This document shows, in pieces, positions 1-12,101 of a DNA stretch of 64,000 nt. The translations under genes and the position numbers were made by a program. Each line of letters begins with the position of its first letter. Position 1 is the first letter of the stretch. The stretch comes from Octopus sinensis (lineage: Eukaryota), in contig NC_043004.1 in assembly GCF_006345805.1 (NCBI RefSeq), forward strand, positions 91,264,001 to 91,328,000, in the 5' to 3' direction. The notes beneath the pieces are model-generated. The model was not told where the DNA came from. It did no database searches and saw only the letters and a list, made by a program, of their open reading frames with translations.

Positions 1-430
1 CACCGGCACGGGGCCAGACAGAGCTGGCAAACGGCCACGAACGGACGGTGCTTTTACGTGTCAGTGGCACGGGGGCCAGCCGAGGCTGGCAACGAACACG
101 AACGGATGGTGCTTTTACATGCCACCGACACGGGGCCAGACAGAGCTGGCAAACGGCCATGAACGGATGGTGCTTTTACGTGTCACCGGCACGGGGGCCA
201 GCCGAGGCTGGCAACGGACACGAACGGATGGTGCTTTTACGTGCCACCGACACGGGGCCAGACAGAGCTGGCAAACGGCCACGAACGGAGGTGCTTTTAC
301 GTGTCACCGGCACGTGGGCCAGCCGAGGCTGGCAACGAACACGAGCGGATGGTGCTTTTACGTGCCACCGACACGGGGCCAGACAGAGCTGGCAAACGGC
401 CATGAGCGAATGGTGCTTGGCAGCGGACAC
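1..430 (-). repeat. GC-rich ~60-bp tandem array (alternating two unit types, ~120-bp dimer), part of an RTE-associated 3' region
   Basis: About 7 units of CACCGGCACGGGGGCCAGCCGAGGCTGGCAACG...GATGGTGCTTTTACGTG. One to three copies of the same unit occur in dispersed repeats at 17735, 34790, 37190 and 47700. Confidence 0.85.
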
Positions 431-437
431 GGATATA

Positions 438-1660
438 TGATTTGATTTTGATTGTTCTCACTGGTCTTGCCGGGTCTTCTCACGCACAGCATACTTCCAC
501 AGGTCTCGGTCTCTGGTCATTTCCTTGGTGAGACCTAGAGTTCGAAGGTCGTGCTTCACCACCTCGACCCAAGTTTTCCTGGGTCTACCTCTTCCACAGG
601 TCCCCTCAACTGCCAGGGTGTGGCACTTTTTCACACACCTATCTTCGTCCATTCTCGCCACATGACCATACCAGCGCAATCGTCTCTCTTGCACACAACA
701 TCTGATGCCTCTTAGGTCCAACTTTTCTCTCAAGGTACTTACACTCTGTCGACTATGAACACTGACATTACACATCCAACGGAGCATACTAGCTTCATTT
801 CTTGCGAGCTTACGTAAATCCTCAGCAGTCACAGCCCAAGTTTCACTGCCATGTAGCATGGCTGTACGTACACATGCATCATACAGTCTGCCTTTTACTT
901 TGAGCGAGAGGCCTTTTGTCACCAGTAGGGGTAAGAGCTCTCTAAACTTTGCCCAGGCTATTCTTACTCTAGCAGTTATACTTTCAGCACACCCGCCCCC
1001 ACTACTGACTTGGTCACCTAGGTAGCGGAAGCTATCAACTACTTCTAGTTTTTCTCCCTGAAACGTGATAGAAGTTGGTCTCTGCATATTTTCAGAGTTT
1101 ATTGCTCCTGAGCATCTGTCACAGATAAAAACTATTTTCCTAGTTAGTCTTCCTTTGACATTACTACATCTCTTATTTGTCCATAGCTTACATTTGGTGC
1201 ATCTTATAGAGTTTCTACCTACGCCTTTTCTACAGATCGAGCAAGGCCATCTACCTGAAGGCGTTTGTGATTGGTCTACCTTCCTACTTATTAGGACTTT
1301 GGTTTTGGCTAGGTTGATTCTAAGGCCCTTCGATTCTAAACCTTGCTTCCACACCTGAAAATTCTCCTCCAGTTCTGATAGAGACTCAGCAATTAGAGCA
1401 AGGTCATCAGCATAGAGGAGCTCCCAGGGGCATCCAGTCTTGAATTCCTCCATTATTGCCTGGAGGACTATGATAAATAGGAGGGGGCTGAGGACTGAAC
1501 CTTGGTGGACCCCAACCTCTACCCTGAATTCTTCACTGTACTCGGTGCCAACCCTCACCTTACTAGCAGCGTCTCTGTACATGGCTTGTACAGCTCTCAC
1601 TAATCATTCATCTATCCCTAGTTTCCTCATTGACCACCAGATAAGGGATCGGGGGACCCT
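438..1660 (-). mobile_element. RTE-clade LINE, 5'-truncated, with uninterrupted RT C-terminal ORF (458-1600)
   Basis: GVHQGSVLSPLLF and LLYADDLALI RT motifs, Cys-rich insert WPCSICRKGVG...RCS, RTE-type C-terminus RLRWYGHVARM...GRGRPRKTW. No stops in 380 aa. Confidence 0.92.
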
Positions 1661-2423
1661 GACATATATGAATCTATCTGTTTATACAGAGACACACTCA
1701 AACACACATATGTATATGTGTATATGTGTGAGTGAGTGCATTTTTGTGTTCTCTGCCACTTGAAAACCTATGTTGGTTTGTTTGCATTTCTGAAACTTAA
1801 CGACTCAGCAAAAAGCTACCAGCAGAAGAAGTACCAGAGTTAAAATAAGTACAAGGATTGACTTGATTCACTAAACCTTTTTCAGTGGTACTCCAACAAG
1901 GCCGCAGTCCAATGCTTGAAAGAAATTATAGAATAAAAGAACAAGAAAAATTATGTAAATTGAGTAGAGGAAATCTGAATTTTTTTTTCTGGTTAATTTA
2001 AGGAGATTAAATATTTTGGTGTATATTTGTTTCCATAGACACAAATAAAAGGCCTGCATGGAAATTCAAATTTAAAATATTCTCATGTCACTGTAGCTTA
2101 ACCCCAACTTTCAGTTCTCTAGCATGCGTGCTGCATTTTAAGCTTGAGTCATTCCTATATCTAACACAGTTTGACAAGATGCAGGCAGCAGTATGTTCCT
2201 CGTCAGGCTGTCATGTGAAGGGAGGTAACTGAGTAAAGGTGATTCACACATCTCTGGGATTGATTGACTGGTGTACAGTCATCTGAGTTGTTGTCTTAGT
2301 CACAGGTTAATAAGGTAAATGGAAATAAAAGTGCATGCATAAATGGTCTGAAAAAATATTCTTCCACTCTATGAGTTGGCACTCAGATATTTTAAACCTA
2401 AAAGAAATTCATTTGAGCTTATA

Positions 2424-2825
2424 GGCGCAGGAGTGGCTGTGTGGTAAGTAGCTTGTTTACCAACCACATGGTTCCGGGTTCAGTCCCACTGCATGGCACC
2501 TTGGGCAAGTGTCTTCTACTATAGCCTCGGGCCGACCAAAGCCTTGTGAGTGGATTTGGTAGATGGAAACTGAAAGAAGCCCGTCGTATATATGTATATA
2601 TATATGTGTGCGTGTTTGTATGTCTGTGTTTGTCCCCCTAGCATTGCTTGACAACTGATGCTGGTGTGTTTATGTCCCCGTTACTTAGCGGTTCGGCAAA
2701 AGAGACTGATAGAATAAGTACTGGGCTTACAAAAGAATAAGTCCTGGGGTCGAGTTGCTCGATTAAAGGCGGTGCCCCAGCATGGCCGCAGTCAAATGAC
2801 TGAAACAAGTAAAATAGTAAAAGAG
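2424..2825 (+). mobile_element. SINE family A (tRNA-like head, CORE-like segment, internal (TA/TG)n, conserved 3' module), representative copy
   Basis: GGCGCAGGAGTGGCTGTGTGGTAAG...GGTTCAGTCCC...TTGGGCAAGTGTCTT. Further copies at about 3110(-), 8907, 9797, 11040(-), 14619, 21812, 30487, 37770, 39940, 50020, 54433 and 63945. Confidence 0.9.
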
Positions 2826-3556
2826 AGAGAGGCTTTTGCTTTATGGCCACTTATAAATTTTAAATTTATTTTGAAACAAATGTTTTACACAAACAATTTT
2901 ATTTTGAAATTAAACACAATATTTCAAGAAAGTATCAAGATAAAAGCGGGCCTCAGGTTGGCCAGCCCTGTTCTAGAGGAAGAATGGGATATTGGTAAAA
3001 TAAGTATTGGGGTCAATGCACTTAACTATACCTGTGAAAGTAGTGTCCCAGTATGATAGCAGTGACATGGCTGAACCTATGAAAGGTATAATACTCTCAG
3101 TCATTTGTTTTCAGTCATTTGACTGCGGCCATGCTGGAGCACCGCCTTTAGTCGAGCAAATCGACCCCGAGACTTATTCTTTGTAAGCCCAGTACTTATT
3201 CTATCGGTCTCTTTTGCCGAACCGCTAAGTGACGGGGACGTAAACACACCAGCATCGGTTGTCAAGCAATGCTAGGGGGACAAACACACACACATATATA
3301 TATACATATATACGACAGGCTTCTTTCAGTTTCCGTCTACCAAATCCACTCACAAGGCATTGGTTGGCCCAGGACTATAGCAGAAGACACTTGCCCAAGA
3401 TGCCACGCAGTGGGACTGAACCCGGAACCATGTGGTTGGGTAGCAAGCTACTTACCACAGAGCCACTCCTGCGCTTATAGAATATATATATAATAATAGA
3501 ATATATATTTCACTAAAACCCTGCAAAGTACTTAAGTGTTGATATTCCAAACTTAC

Positions 3557-3707
3557 TGGCGTTCAAAAGTGGCAATTTCTTGGTTGTCTGACTTAAGTTG
3601 TTTCAGAAGCCGGTTACGCTCTGCCTCGGGACTCTCTTTAGAATTCAGTTCCTCTGTCAGACTCTCTTTCTGCATCTCTAGTTCATCTTTCCGTTTGTAC
3701 AATTGCA
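3557..3707 (-). CDS. IFT74: IFT74 exon (VQLYKRKDELEMQKESLTEELNSKESPEAERNRLLKQLKSDNQEIATFERQ); last exon found in this window
   Basis: Matches IFT74 [26 protein letters not shown]. tttcag acceptor, gtaagt donor, 151 bp, phase 1->2. Confidence 0.95.
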
Positions 3708-4213
3708 CTGAAATATAGAGGTCAACTTAGCCTTTAATTTCTTCAGTAAACAACAATAATGAAAATAACAGTAATTATACCCTGTGGTCTAGAAATACTG
3801 GGGTGATGTCAGGCAAAGTATGACCATGTTTCAAGGTTAGAAGGAGCTCTTTCATGATGGCTGTTAGTCTTTATAGTGACAGTGTCTCTATAAAAATGCT
3901 AGTGGTTGTGCAACCTTAAATTTGTTCATGTGTTATTTTTACAATAATGCAATACTCCAATCCAACTGATATAAATATGGCCTGAATAGAACTGGAATTC
4001 ATTTCTTTCTTTAATTAAATTTGTCCCCTACCATCAAATTTGTTGGTTTTGTGCATGCATGTGTGTATGTGTATGCATACTACAATTTCCAATGCATCCT
4101 TTATTAAGAAGGTACAATGTGATCTGAGGATGTAGTGTGAATCACTTTAATACCCACTGCTACTATGAAACTTGAAGATTATATCTAACCAAAAGGAAGA
4201 TTCCAATACATAC

Positions 4214-4247
4214 CAGCTTTTTGTCTTGCTGGAGACTTCATTAAATC
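4214..4247 (-). CDS. IFT74: IFT74 small exon (DLMKSPARQKA)
   Basis: ttttccaatag acceptor and gtatgt donor. 34 bp, phase 0->1, exactly fills the gap corresponding to human EIAHSQVKQEA. Confidence 0.88.
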
Positions 4248-4776
4248 CTATTGGAAAATTGAGAAAAAAATAATCGATATTTTGAAGATCACGTAAATGA
4301 TTAACAATAAATATAATCAAGAAAACAGAAACTTAACCTGCCCCACCACACACAAAAAAAATTTAAGTTAGCTTCTCTTGCAATCATAAATATCCAGAAG
4401 GCCAGTATTCAATTTTAGTCATTGTAGCATTAATCAAACGAATGAGAAATTTGTTCCCGAATATGATGTCATACTTAATTAACAGTTTTATTCTCACCAC
4501 AATGCTTTGCTATTCTTTCAATTTTATAATTGCTGTTGCTACTACCTACAGTGTTAAGTTGTTCTTATTGCACTATACATTCATAAATAAATAGATGTGA
4601 CCATTTGAAAGTTAAATGTCTTAGCAACAGACATAACATAGTCAGAGTCACAATATTATCTACTGACCTCTCAGCTTTTCCTCCAGTATTCTACCCACAT
4701 AGCCAAAATAGCCATCTGTCTTCTAAATCCAAACATAAACATGCACACACAGGAAAAAATAAAGATTGCGACTAAC

Positions 4777-4899
4777 CTCCTGTAAAATTTGGACCTTTGA
4801 ATTTAGTTCATCAATGGCTTGTTGGTTTTTTTCCATAGCTTCAACAAAGTTCTCATTAATATCTTTCATTTTGGAATATTTCTTCTTTAATTCTGGTTC
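4777..4899 (-). CDS. IFT74: IFT74 exon (EPELKKKYSKMKDINENFVEAMEKNQQAIDELNSKVQILQE)
   Basis: Coiled-coil peptide colinear with IFT74. ctacag acceptor, gttagt donor, 123 bp, phase 0->0. Confidence 0.92.
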
Positions 4900-5099
4900 C
4901 TGTAGAGTTGAGACATCATATATAATAATAATATTAATGAACTTATTGTATATAGTACTCAGGTGCACAACTCATCAGAAAAAGTGACCAAAACTGCATG
5001 AACAGTACATAGAATATGCAGAGGAAGGGAAAAGGGATTAAGTCTTCGAAATAAAAAAAGGGTGTAATTTTGGTGAAGGAAGGGTGGAAGTTTTTAAGA

Positions 5100-7400
5100 G
5101 ATGTAGTATCCTGACAGCTAACAATGAGGTGAGTAGTTCATTCCATGTTTCAGCAATTTTGAGTGTGAAAAAATGTTACTGAAACTCATGGGTGCTGTGT
5201 TTTTTGATTTTGTTAGCAAGTCCACAAGTGTTAGATATATGGCATTCAAAAAGGTTTTTTTGAGTTTGTTGTTTGAAAGATGGTGGATAATCTTGTGGGT
5301 GCCTACCAAGTCAGTTGCCAGGCAGAACTTTAATGCATCCATGCTCAGGGAAGCAAGGCATTCAGGGTATGGTAGATGCCTGATTGTGGATATTTGTCTG
5401 GTTGCATGTTTCTGAATAGTTTCCAGGAGATTGATATGCTGAGCAAGACAGGGGTTCCAAACTGATGATGCAAACTCAAAGTGTGGATGTACCATAGTCA
5501 TATGCAGCTTTAAATAGATAGCTGGAGAGTGGCTGACAAAGATCTAAACTAAGTGATGCTAAGACACCCTCAGCCTTCTTGACAATCTTAGAGATGTGGT
5601 TTGTCCAATGCAGATTGCTGTTGGATCCCCAAGTCATGTTCACTAATAGGCTTCTTAAAATTGCTGTTGTTGAAGGAGTATGTAAAAGCTGGGTTTTTCC
5701 TCTCAAAATCCATGGCAGCACACTTGTCTACAGCCAGCTTGAGTTGCTAGTTGGTAATCCATTGCTGCATTGTTAAGTTAAGTTAAGTTAAGTTAATTTT
5801 TTGGCTCAGAAAGCAAAAAGCAAGGCCATGTAGGGGGACATGGAGTTATGTACAGGGAGAGTGTTCATGCAAAGAGTTCAGGCCATTTCTGGTCAAGAGA
5901 GACTTTGAACCGAGCGGTCGTCAGCATCTTCACTATCTTGTCTGGCAGCTTATTCCACGGATCCGCAACCCAGACGGAGAAAGCCCCTCTCCTTCGATTG
6001 AGATGAAATCGTCACAGATAGAGCTTTTCAGAGTGTCCCCGCAACCGACGCTCTGGAGCAGGAGTGAAGAACAGCTCTTTCAAGAGGTTACACTTTCCGC
6101 TTATGATATTGTGTCCAGGTCAGATTGCAGGAAAGATCTATAGCATATAGGATCTGTTCTTTTTATCTTAAGGTACAACTTGATGTCATCTGCATATTTC
6201 AACACTGGAACATACTTTCAGTTGGCATCTATTTCATCAATATATGCAACAAACAACAGGGGTCCAAGAACAGATCCTGTGGTACACTAGATATCATCTC
6301 ACAGTTTGAAGAATGATGTCCTAGAACGGTGACTACCTCTTTTCAACTGAGGAATTACAACCGTGTTTCGTGGTCTGCTACCACAACAGCTCCTTTATAG
6401 GATCCAGTTAGCTCAAGACATCATCAGGAGTAACCACGTCCGGTTTCGGCCCCTACTCCCCCTACTCCTCTACTGTTTTGACATGGCAGGGCCCTTCCTT
6501 TCGGAGGTGTCTTCAGCTCTGGTAAATAAAGGATTTCAACCAGTTGTAGAGACCATCTTCCACACCCATTGCAGAGAGTTTTGCCCCAAGTCGTTTGCAA
6601 GGCACAGAATTGAAGGCTTCAGCAAAGTCAAGATAGATAATATCCAGCCAGGAGCTTCCACCAGTGATTCAGGTGATGTCCTTAAGAAACTTAGTGAGTT
6701 GGCTACAGCAGCTGGAGTTAGGGATAAAGCCAAATTGTGAGGGTTGAATAGGGTTGTGAGAGCTCCAGAAGTTCCAGGGTGCTTCTCTAACACGGGACTC
6801 CATCAATGTGGTGATGTAGCTAGTGAGACTGACTGAACAGTAATTGACAGGTGATATGTGAGTACCATTTTTGGAACAAGGGAACGATGCTGGCAATTTT
6901 CCCCTGCCCTGGAGTAATACAGTTATTAAGGCAGAATTGGAAGAAGAATGAAAGCTGGTGCAAAAGAAAGAACCCACCACATTTGAGAAGCAGATAAGTA
7001 ACACCATCAAGATTAGGAGAAGCGTAGTTGTGCTTATTCTTGAGATGGGATTGCATCGTTGCAGGTGTAAATTCCACAGATGTTATAGAATTTGATATCA
7101 GAAGTGGTGAAGATGATACATTTGGATTTTCAAAGGTAAAAATGCCAGCATAACATTCAGCAATAAGCTCTGTACATTCTTTAGGATCATTATTAATGCA
7201 ACTTGTGTGGGGATTGCAAAGAGGGCCAAGTGGAGAGTGAAGTCTCTGCTTTGAATATACATACTCCCAGAACACTTTGCTGTCAGGGCTGATTGCTATA
7301 CATTGTTCAAATTCAAGCACTGCCTTTTTTGTCACTTGCTTGAGATAGTTGAATTATCTGTTGCACCTTTTTCTATTCTCCTCTGTTCTATTTAGTCTAT
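5100..7400 (-). mobile_element. Degenerate CR1/L2-group LINE (RT region) with two nested insertions
   Basis: Frameshifted RT pieces (PSQFGF...SCCSQL, SSVPQ..., YADDIKLY, HFEFASSVWNP...LETIQKHATR) across several ORF-track fragments. Confidence 0.85.
5773..6115 (-). mobile_element. Young CR1/L2-group LINE 3' end with (TTAAC)n tail
   Basis: Near-identical to the copies at 32836, 34087, 41385 and 51541. Ends RRGAFSVRVADPWNKLPD...DQKWPELF. Confidence 0.88.
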
Positions 7401-9079
7401 ATTCCTGTTTAGCACCATGACGTTCTTTCCTGACAAGCTGGACTACTGCAGTCTCCCAAATTGCGCTTTGGGATTTTTAAGCACTTGTGTGGTACTAATG
7501 TTTCAGGTGCAGCCCAGATTGAACTGAGGATGTTCTGAAATGCAGCATCGACATCTCTGGAATCATAAAATTCAAACCAGCTTGGGCACTATAATTCAGT
7601 ATGGTAACAGTTCCAGTGAAAGCGAGCAGTTTGGAGGTGATGATGGTTCATAATATATGTTACAGTCTATACACTGGTAGTTGCTCATGTTGAAATCAAG
7701 TTGAAATTTGATACCGATGGGTTGAAAAGGAATATCAAACAACAACGACGACAATTTTGCTCTTACACCACTGAAGAAGTTTCTATAAGGGGATGTAATC
7801 TATCTGATAAAGCAAATCTCACCTAAATCACATTCTACTATCTTAAAAGAGGTGGGGGTCACATTAAGTAAACAGATCTTGGATAAATTGCATATTAGGG
7901 TCATCTCTACATCTTTTCCATAGAAATTATAGTCAGCACTGATTTTGTTAAAATGTTTTGTATCCGAGATGCCAGATTGGAGGTGGTGTCTCAGATATGA
8001 AACGTTGTAACAAAATCAGAGTTAGTACCTATTTCTTTACTACCCACAAGGGGCCAAACACAGAGAGGACAAACAAGGACAGACAAACAGATTAAGTCAA
8101 TTATATCAACCCCAGTGTGTAACTGGTACTTATTTAATCGACCCCGAAAGGATGAAAGGCAAAGTCAACCTCGGCGGAATGACTTTGCCTTTCATCCTTT
8201 CGGGGTCGATTAAATAAGTACCAGTTACGCACTGGGGTCGATATAATCGACTTAATCAGTGTGTTTGTCCTCTCTGTGTTTGGCCCCTTGTGGGTAGTAA
8301 AGAAATAGGTACTAACTCTGATTTTGTTACGTTTCATATCTGAGACACCACCTCCAATCTTAGTACCACACAAATTTCCATGGACAATTTGTAGAGATGA
8401 CCTTAACAGCATGATTTAAGAGCCCTGCTAACACAGAACAAGGTATTGACTTATTAAATCATTAATATACTTTGCAGTATATTATGGTTGCATAACGAAA
8501 TGCCATATCCCTCCAAGTCATTAATACCAGAATAAATTATGCATCAGTAAGATAGGACGCTCACAGCTGGGATACGTTTGATCCTTGACCTGCTCAATCT
8601 GAGTTGACTCAGAATTAAATAACAACAACACTACAGTAACCGAAGAAAATTTCGATGTTGCTTTGAGTTGGTCGCATTACTACATAGAAGCTCTTTCACG
8701 CCTCAGTTTCTCTGATCCCTGTCTTCAACTTGGTAAGGAGTTTGTTCAGGAAGATCCTGAACATAGGAATCTATGTTAGTGATATGGCAGGGTGTTTACT
8801 TAGGAACACTTAAGAATCTATGTTTAGCAACTGGTTTAAGTTAGAATGTAGATATCTTCTCTGATGGTTTGTCTTAGGAGTTTGTCTCTGATGGTTTGTC
8901 TTCTGGCGCAGGAGTGGCTGTGTGGTAAGTAGCTTGCTTACCAACCACATGGTTCCGGGTTCAGTCCCACTGCGTGGCACCTTAGGTAAGTATCTTCTAC
9001 TATAGCCTTGGGCCAACCAAATCCTTGTGAGTGGATTTGGTAGACAGAAACTGAAAGAAGTCCGTCGTATATATGTATA

Positions 9080-9150
<71 letters not shown>

Positions 9151-9421
9151 ATGTGTGTGTGTTTGTATGTCTGTGTTTGTCCCCCCCAACATCGCTTGAC
9201 AACTGATGCTGGTGTGTTTACGTCCCCGTAACTTAGCGGTTTGGCAAAAGAGTCTGATAGAATAGGTACTAGGCTTACAAAGAATAAGTCCTGGGGTCGA
9301 TTCGCTTGACTAAAGGCGGTGCTCCAGGACGGCCGCAGTAAAATGACTGAAACAAGTAAAAAAGTAAAAGAGGAGTGCTTTTGAAGTGAAATGCCAAGAA
9401 GAACTAAAAGTTGATTCTTAC

Positions 9422-9500
9422 CATATCATTAATCAAACTCTCTGCAAGTTCTTTTTCATCAGAAAGTTCCTTCTCGAGTTTAGAAATTTGCTTTTCTTTC
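9422..9500 (-). CDS. IFT74: IFT74 exon (KEKQISKLEKELSDEKELAESLINDM)
   Basis: Matches IFT74 [26 protein letters not shown]. tgtag acceptor, gtaaga donor, 79 bp, phase 2->0. Confidence 0.95.
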
Positions 9501-10230
9501 CTACATAAAAAACAAAGAAATGAGAATTCAGTTAACTTTTTACAGACTGTATATTTGTATAGGGTTAGTGATATATATTTTGATTTTTTTACATATGGGC
9601 TGATGAAAGCCCAAAATGTGAGGAGGAGAAACAATCTTAGAAGTTGGAAAATGTAGTCAATTACATTGGCCCCAGTGCTTGACTGGTACTTATCTTATCA
9701 TTGAAAAGTATGGAGTGGATGGCAAGGAGGTAGTATCAAAACTGTGTCCTAAATATGTAATTACAATTAATTACTAAATATGTAATTACTATTACAGGCG
9801 CAGGTGTGGCTGTGTGGTAAGTAGCTTGTTTACCAACCACATGGTTCCGTGTTCATTCCCACTGCGTGGCACCTTGGGCAAGTGTCTTCTACTATAGCCT
9901 CGGGCCGACCAAAGCCTTGTGAGTGGATTTGGTAGACGGAAACTGAAAGAAGCCCATCGTATATATGTATATATATATATATGTGTGTGTATGTGTTTGT
10001 GTGTCTGTGTTTGTCCCCCAAGCATTGCTTGACAACCGATGCTGGTGTGTTTATGTCCCCGTCACTTAGCGGTTCGGCAGAAGAGACCGATAGAATAAGT
10101 ACTGGGCTTACAAAGAATAAGTCCCGGGGTCGAGTTGCTCGATTAAAGGTGGTGCTCCAGCATGGCCGCAGTCAAATGACTGAAACAAGTAAAAGAGTAA
10201 AAGAGTATTAATATGTAATATTTCACTTAC

Positions 10231-10292
10231 TCTTTTGTGGCTTCAAACAGACGTTCAATATCTTTGACTTCTTTTTCATTTTGTACTCTCAG
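10231..10292 (-). CDS. IFT74: IFT74 exon (LRVQNEKEVKDIERLFEATKE)
   Basis: Matches IFT74 [21 protein letters not shown]. tttcag acceptor, gtaagt donor, 62 bp, phase 0->2. Confidence 0.93.
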
Positions 10293-11202
10293 CTGAAATG
10301 ATAACATACCACTAGATTGTAGAATGGCTGGTAGCAGTGGTGGTTGTTATAGTGGTGGTGGTGGTGATAGTGGTGTTCATGATGTTGTGGGAGGCAATGG
10401 TAGAGGTGATGGTGGTTTTGATGGCAGTGGCAGTGGTGATAGTGAGCTTTTGCTTTTTTTTTATTTAATTTGTTTCTTTTTCAGTTCAGGGAGAAAGGGC
10501 AGTGTCAAAGACCCACCAAACCACCACCATCACCATCACCATCATCATCATCCTCATCACTACCTCCAATGCTAGTGAGCTCTTACAGACAAATGTTTGA
10601 TTTGAACTCCTTAAGCTGATGGCATTGAAGGAAGTAGAGCCATAGAGGGAGTACTAGGAAAGAGCCTTTTTTTTTTCTCTTAGCAAAATATTTACTTCAG
10701 GATTACAGCTCTGAGGCAATACAGATGAAGGGTGAAGGAGCCAAGGGTACAACTAGGTGGGTGTAGTTTTATGGGTTGTTGGGGACTGTTTGTAGTAGTT
10801 GGAGAAAAGACATAAGGAGCATCCAAGATACATCACCGCGATTATACATAGAGAGATAGTGAGGTAAACAAACATATTTGGGGTTGATATATAAAATATA
10901 CATATACACATGTAAATATATACAGGGATATATATTTGTTGAGTTCTATGGGATACCTTTCCATAAATTCTCATAGCATACCTCATATATATATATAAAT
11001 ATGTGTGTGTGTGTGTGTATGCGTGGTGTGTGTGTATATATGTACAAGCTTCTTTCAGTTTCCGCTTACCAAATCCACTCACAAAGTTTTGGTCAGTCTG
11101 AGGCTATAATAGAAGACACTTGCCCAAGGTGCCATACAGGGGGACTGAACTTGGAACCATGTGGCTGGGAAGCAAGCTTCTTACCACACAGCCACTCCCG
11201 TG

Positions 11203-11247
<45 letters not shown>

Positions 11248-11315
11248 GTATATATATATATGTACATACATATATATATATATACATACACACACACACA
11301 TATATGTATCTACAT

Positions 11316-11811
11316 GGTGGCTGCCCCCTTGTTATCGAGTATGGCCATTGCACGAAACTTAATCAATGTTGTTATCATGCAATGCCTGTGCAAGAAGATT
11401 TTTTTTAAGTGGGGAAAGGCTGTGCACTGAGTCAATCCCACTCACTAAGCAACAGCAGCCATAATCCAAAAAGAAGAACAAGTCAACATCATCGGTAACC
11501 ACTGAGCCGCAGGTTTTATATCGGAGTTATCCCAGTTACCTGAGTTACCTTCTCCTAGAAGGATGCCCTAACAAAGCCCAGGAGTCCTTCACTCCCAATG
11601 GTTTAACCGCGCGATCGGGTATTCAGTCCGATTATTTCTATGTCTCCGCGCATGATCCAGCCTTAAGACTTTTATTGGATGGCCGTTGACTCTCAAGAGT
11701 TCCTCTGCCCTTTGACGGGTTTTGTTTTTCATCCCACAGGGTGTCCAATAAACACCCTCCTCACCAAGCAAGCTTGGTGGGGTTGCCAGTTTAGTCGCCG
11801 ACGACCCGACC
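11316..11811 (-). mobile_element. Bipartite non-autonomous RTE-type element (5'UTR joined to 3' end), TSD-flanked
   Basis: 12-bp TSD ATGTATCTACAT (11304-11315, 11812-11823). Contains an RTE-type 5'UTR motif (CTAGGAGAAGGTAACTC). The 3' end matches the LINE end at 43820-43862. Confidence 0.7.
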
Positions 11812-12041
11812 ATGTATCTACATACATATATACATACATAGATATATACATATATACATACATATATACATACATACATACATACATTACATACATTACA
11901 TACATACATACATACATACAAACACACACACACATATATGTGGAGAAAGAGAGAGAAGCAGAAGGGAGAGAAAGGGGGAGAGAGAGTGCATGAATAAAAG
12001 AAATTAAATCTGAATTTGTTTAACAATAAAATACAACTTAC

Positions 12042-12101
12042 ATCGTTATAATCATAATTCACATCTTGTATGTCTTCATCTGTTGTTAGTTTGTCAACCA
12101 A
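12042..12101 (-). CDS. IFT74: IFT74 exon (LVDKLTTDEDIQDVNYDYND)
   Basis: Matches IFT74 [20 protein letters not shown]. ttttctag acceptor, gtaagt donor, 60 bp, phase 0->0. Confidence 0.95.

Noticed and set aside
1-430. Regular 60-bp array as a CRISPR-like locus or coding repeat (ORFs 48-440, 119-445)
   Set aside because: No unique spacers, eukaryotic context, and the unit belongs to a dispersed retroelement 3' region.
4669-4723. Candidate exon KTDGYFGYVGRILEEKLR between exons 4777 and 3707
   Set aside because: No IFT74 similarity. Exon 4214-4247 fits both phase and homology.
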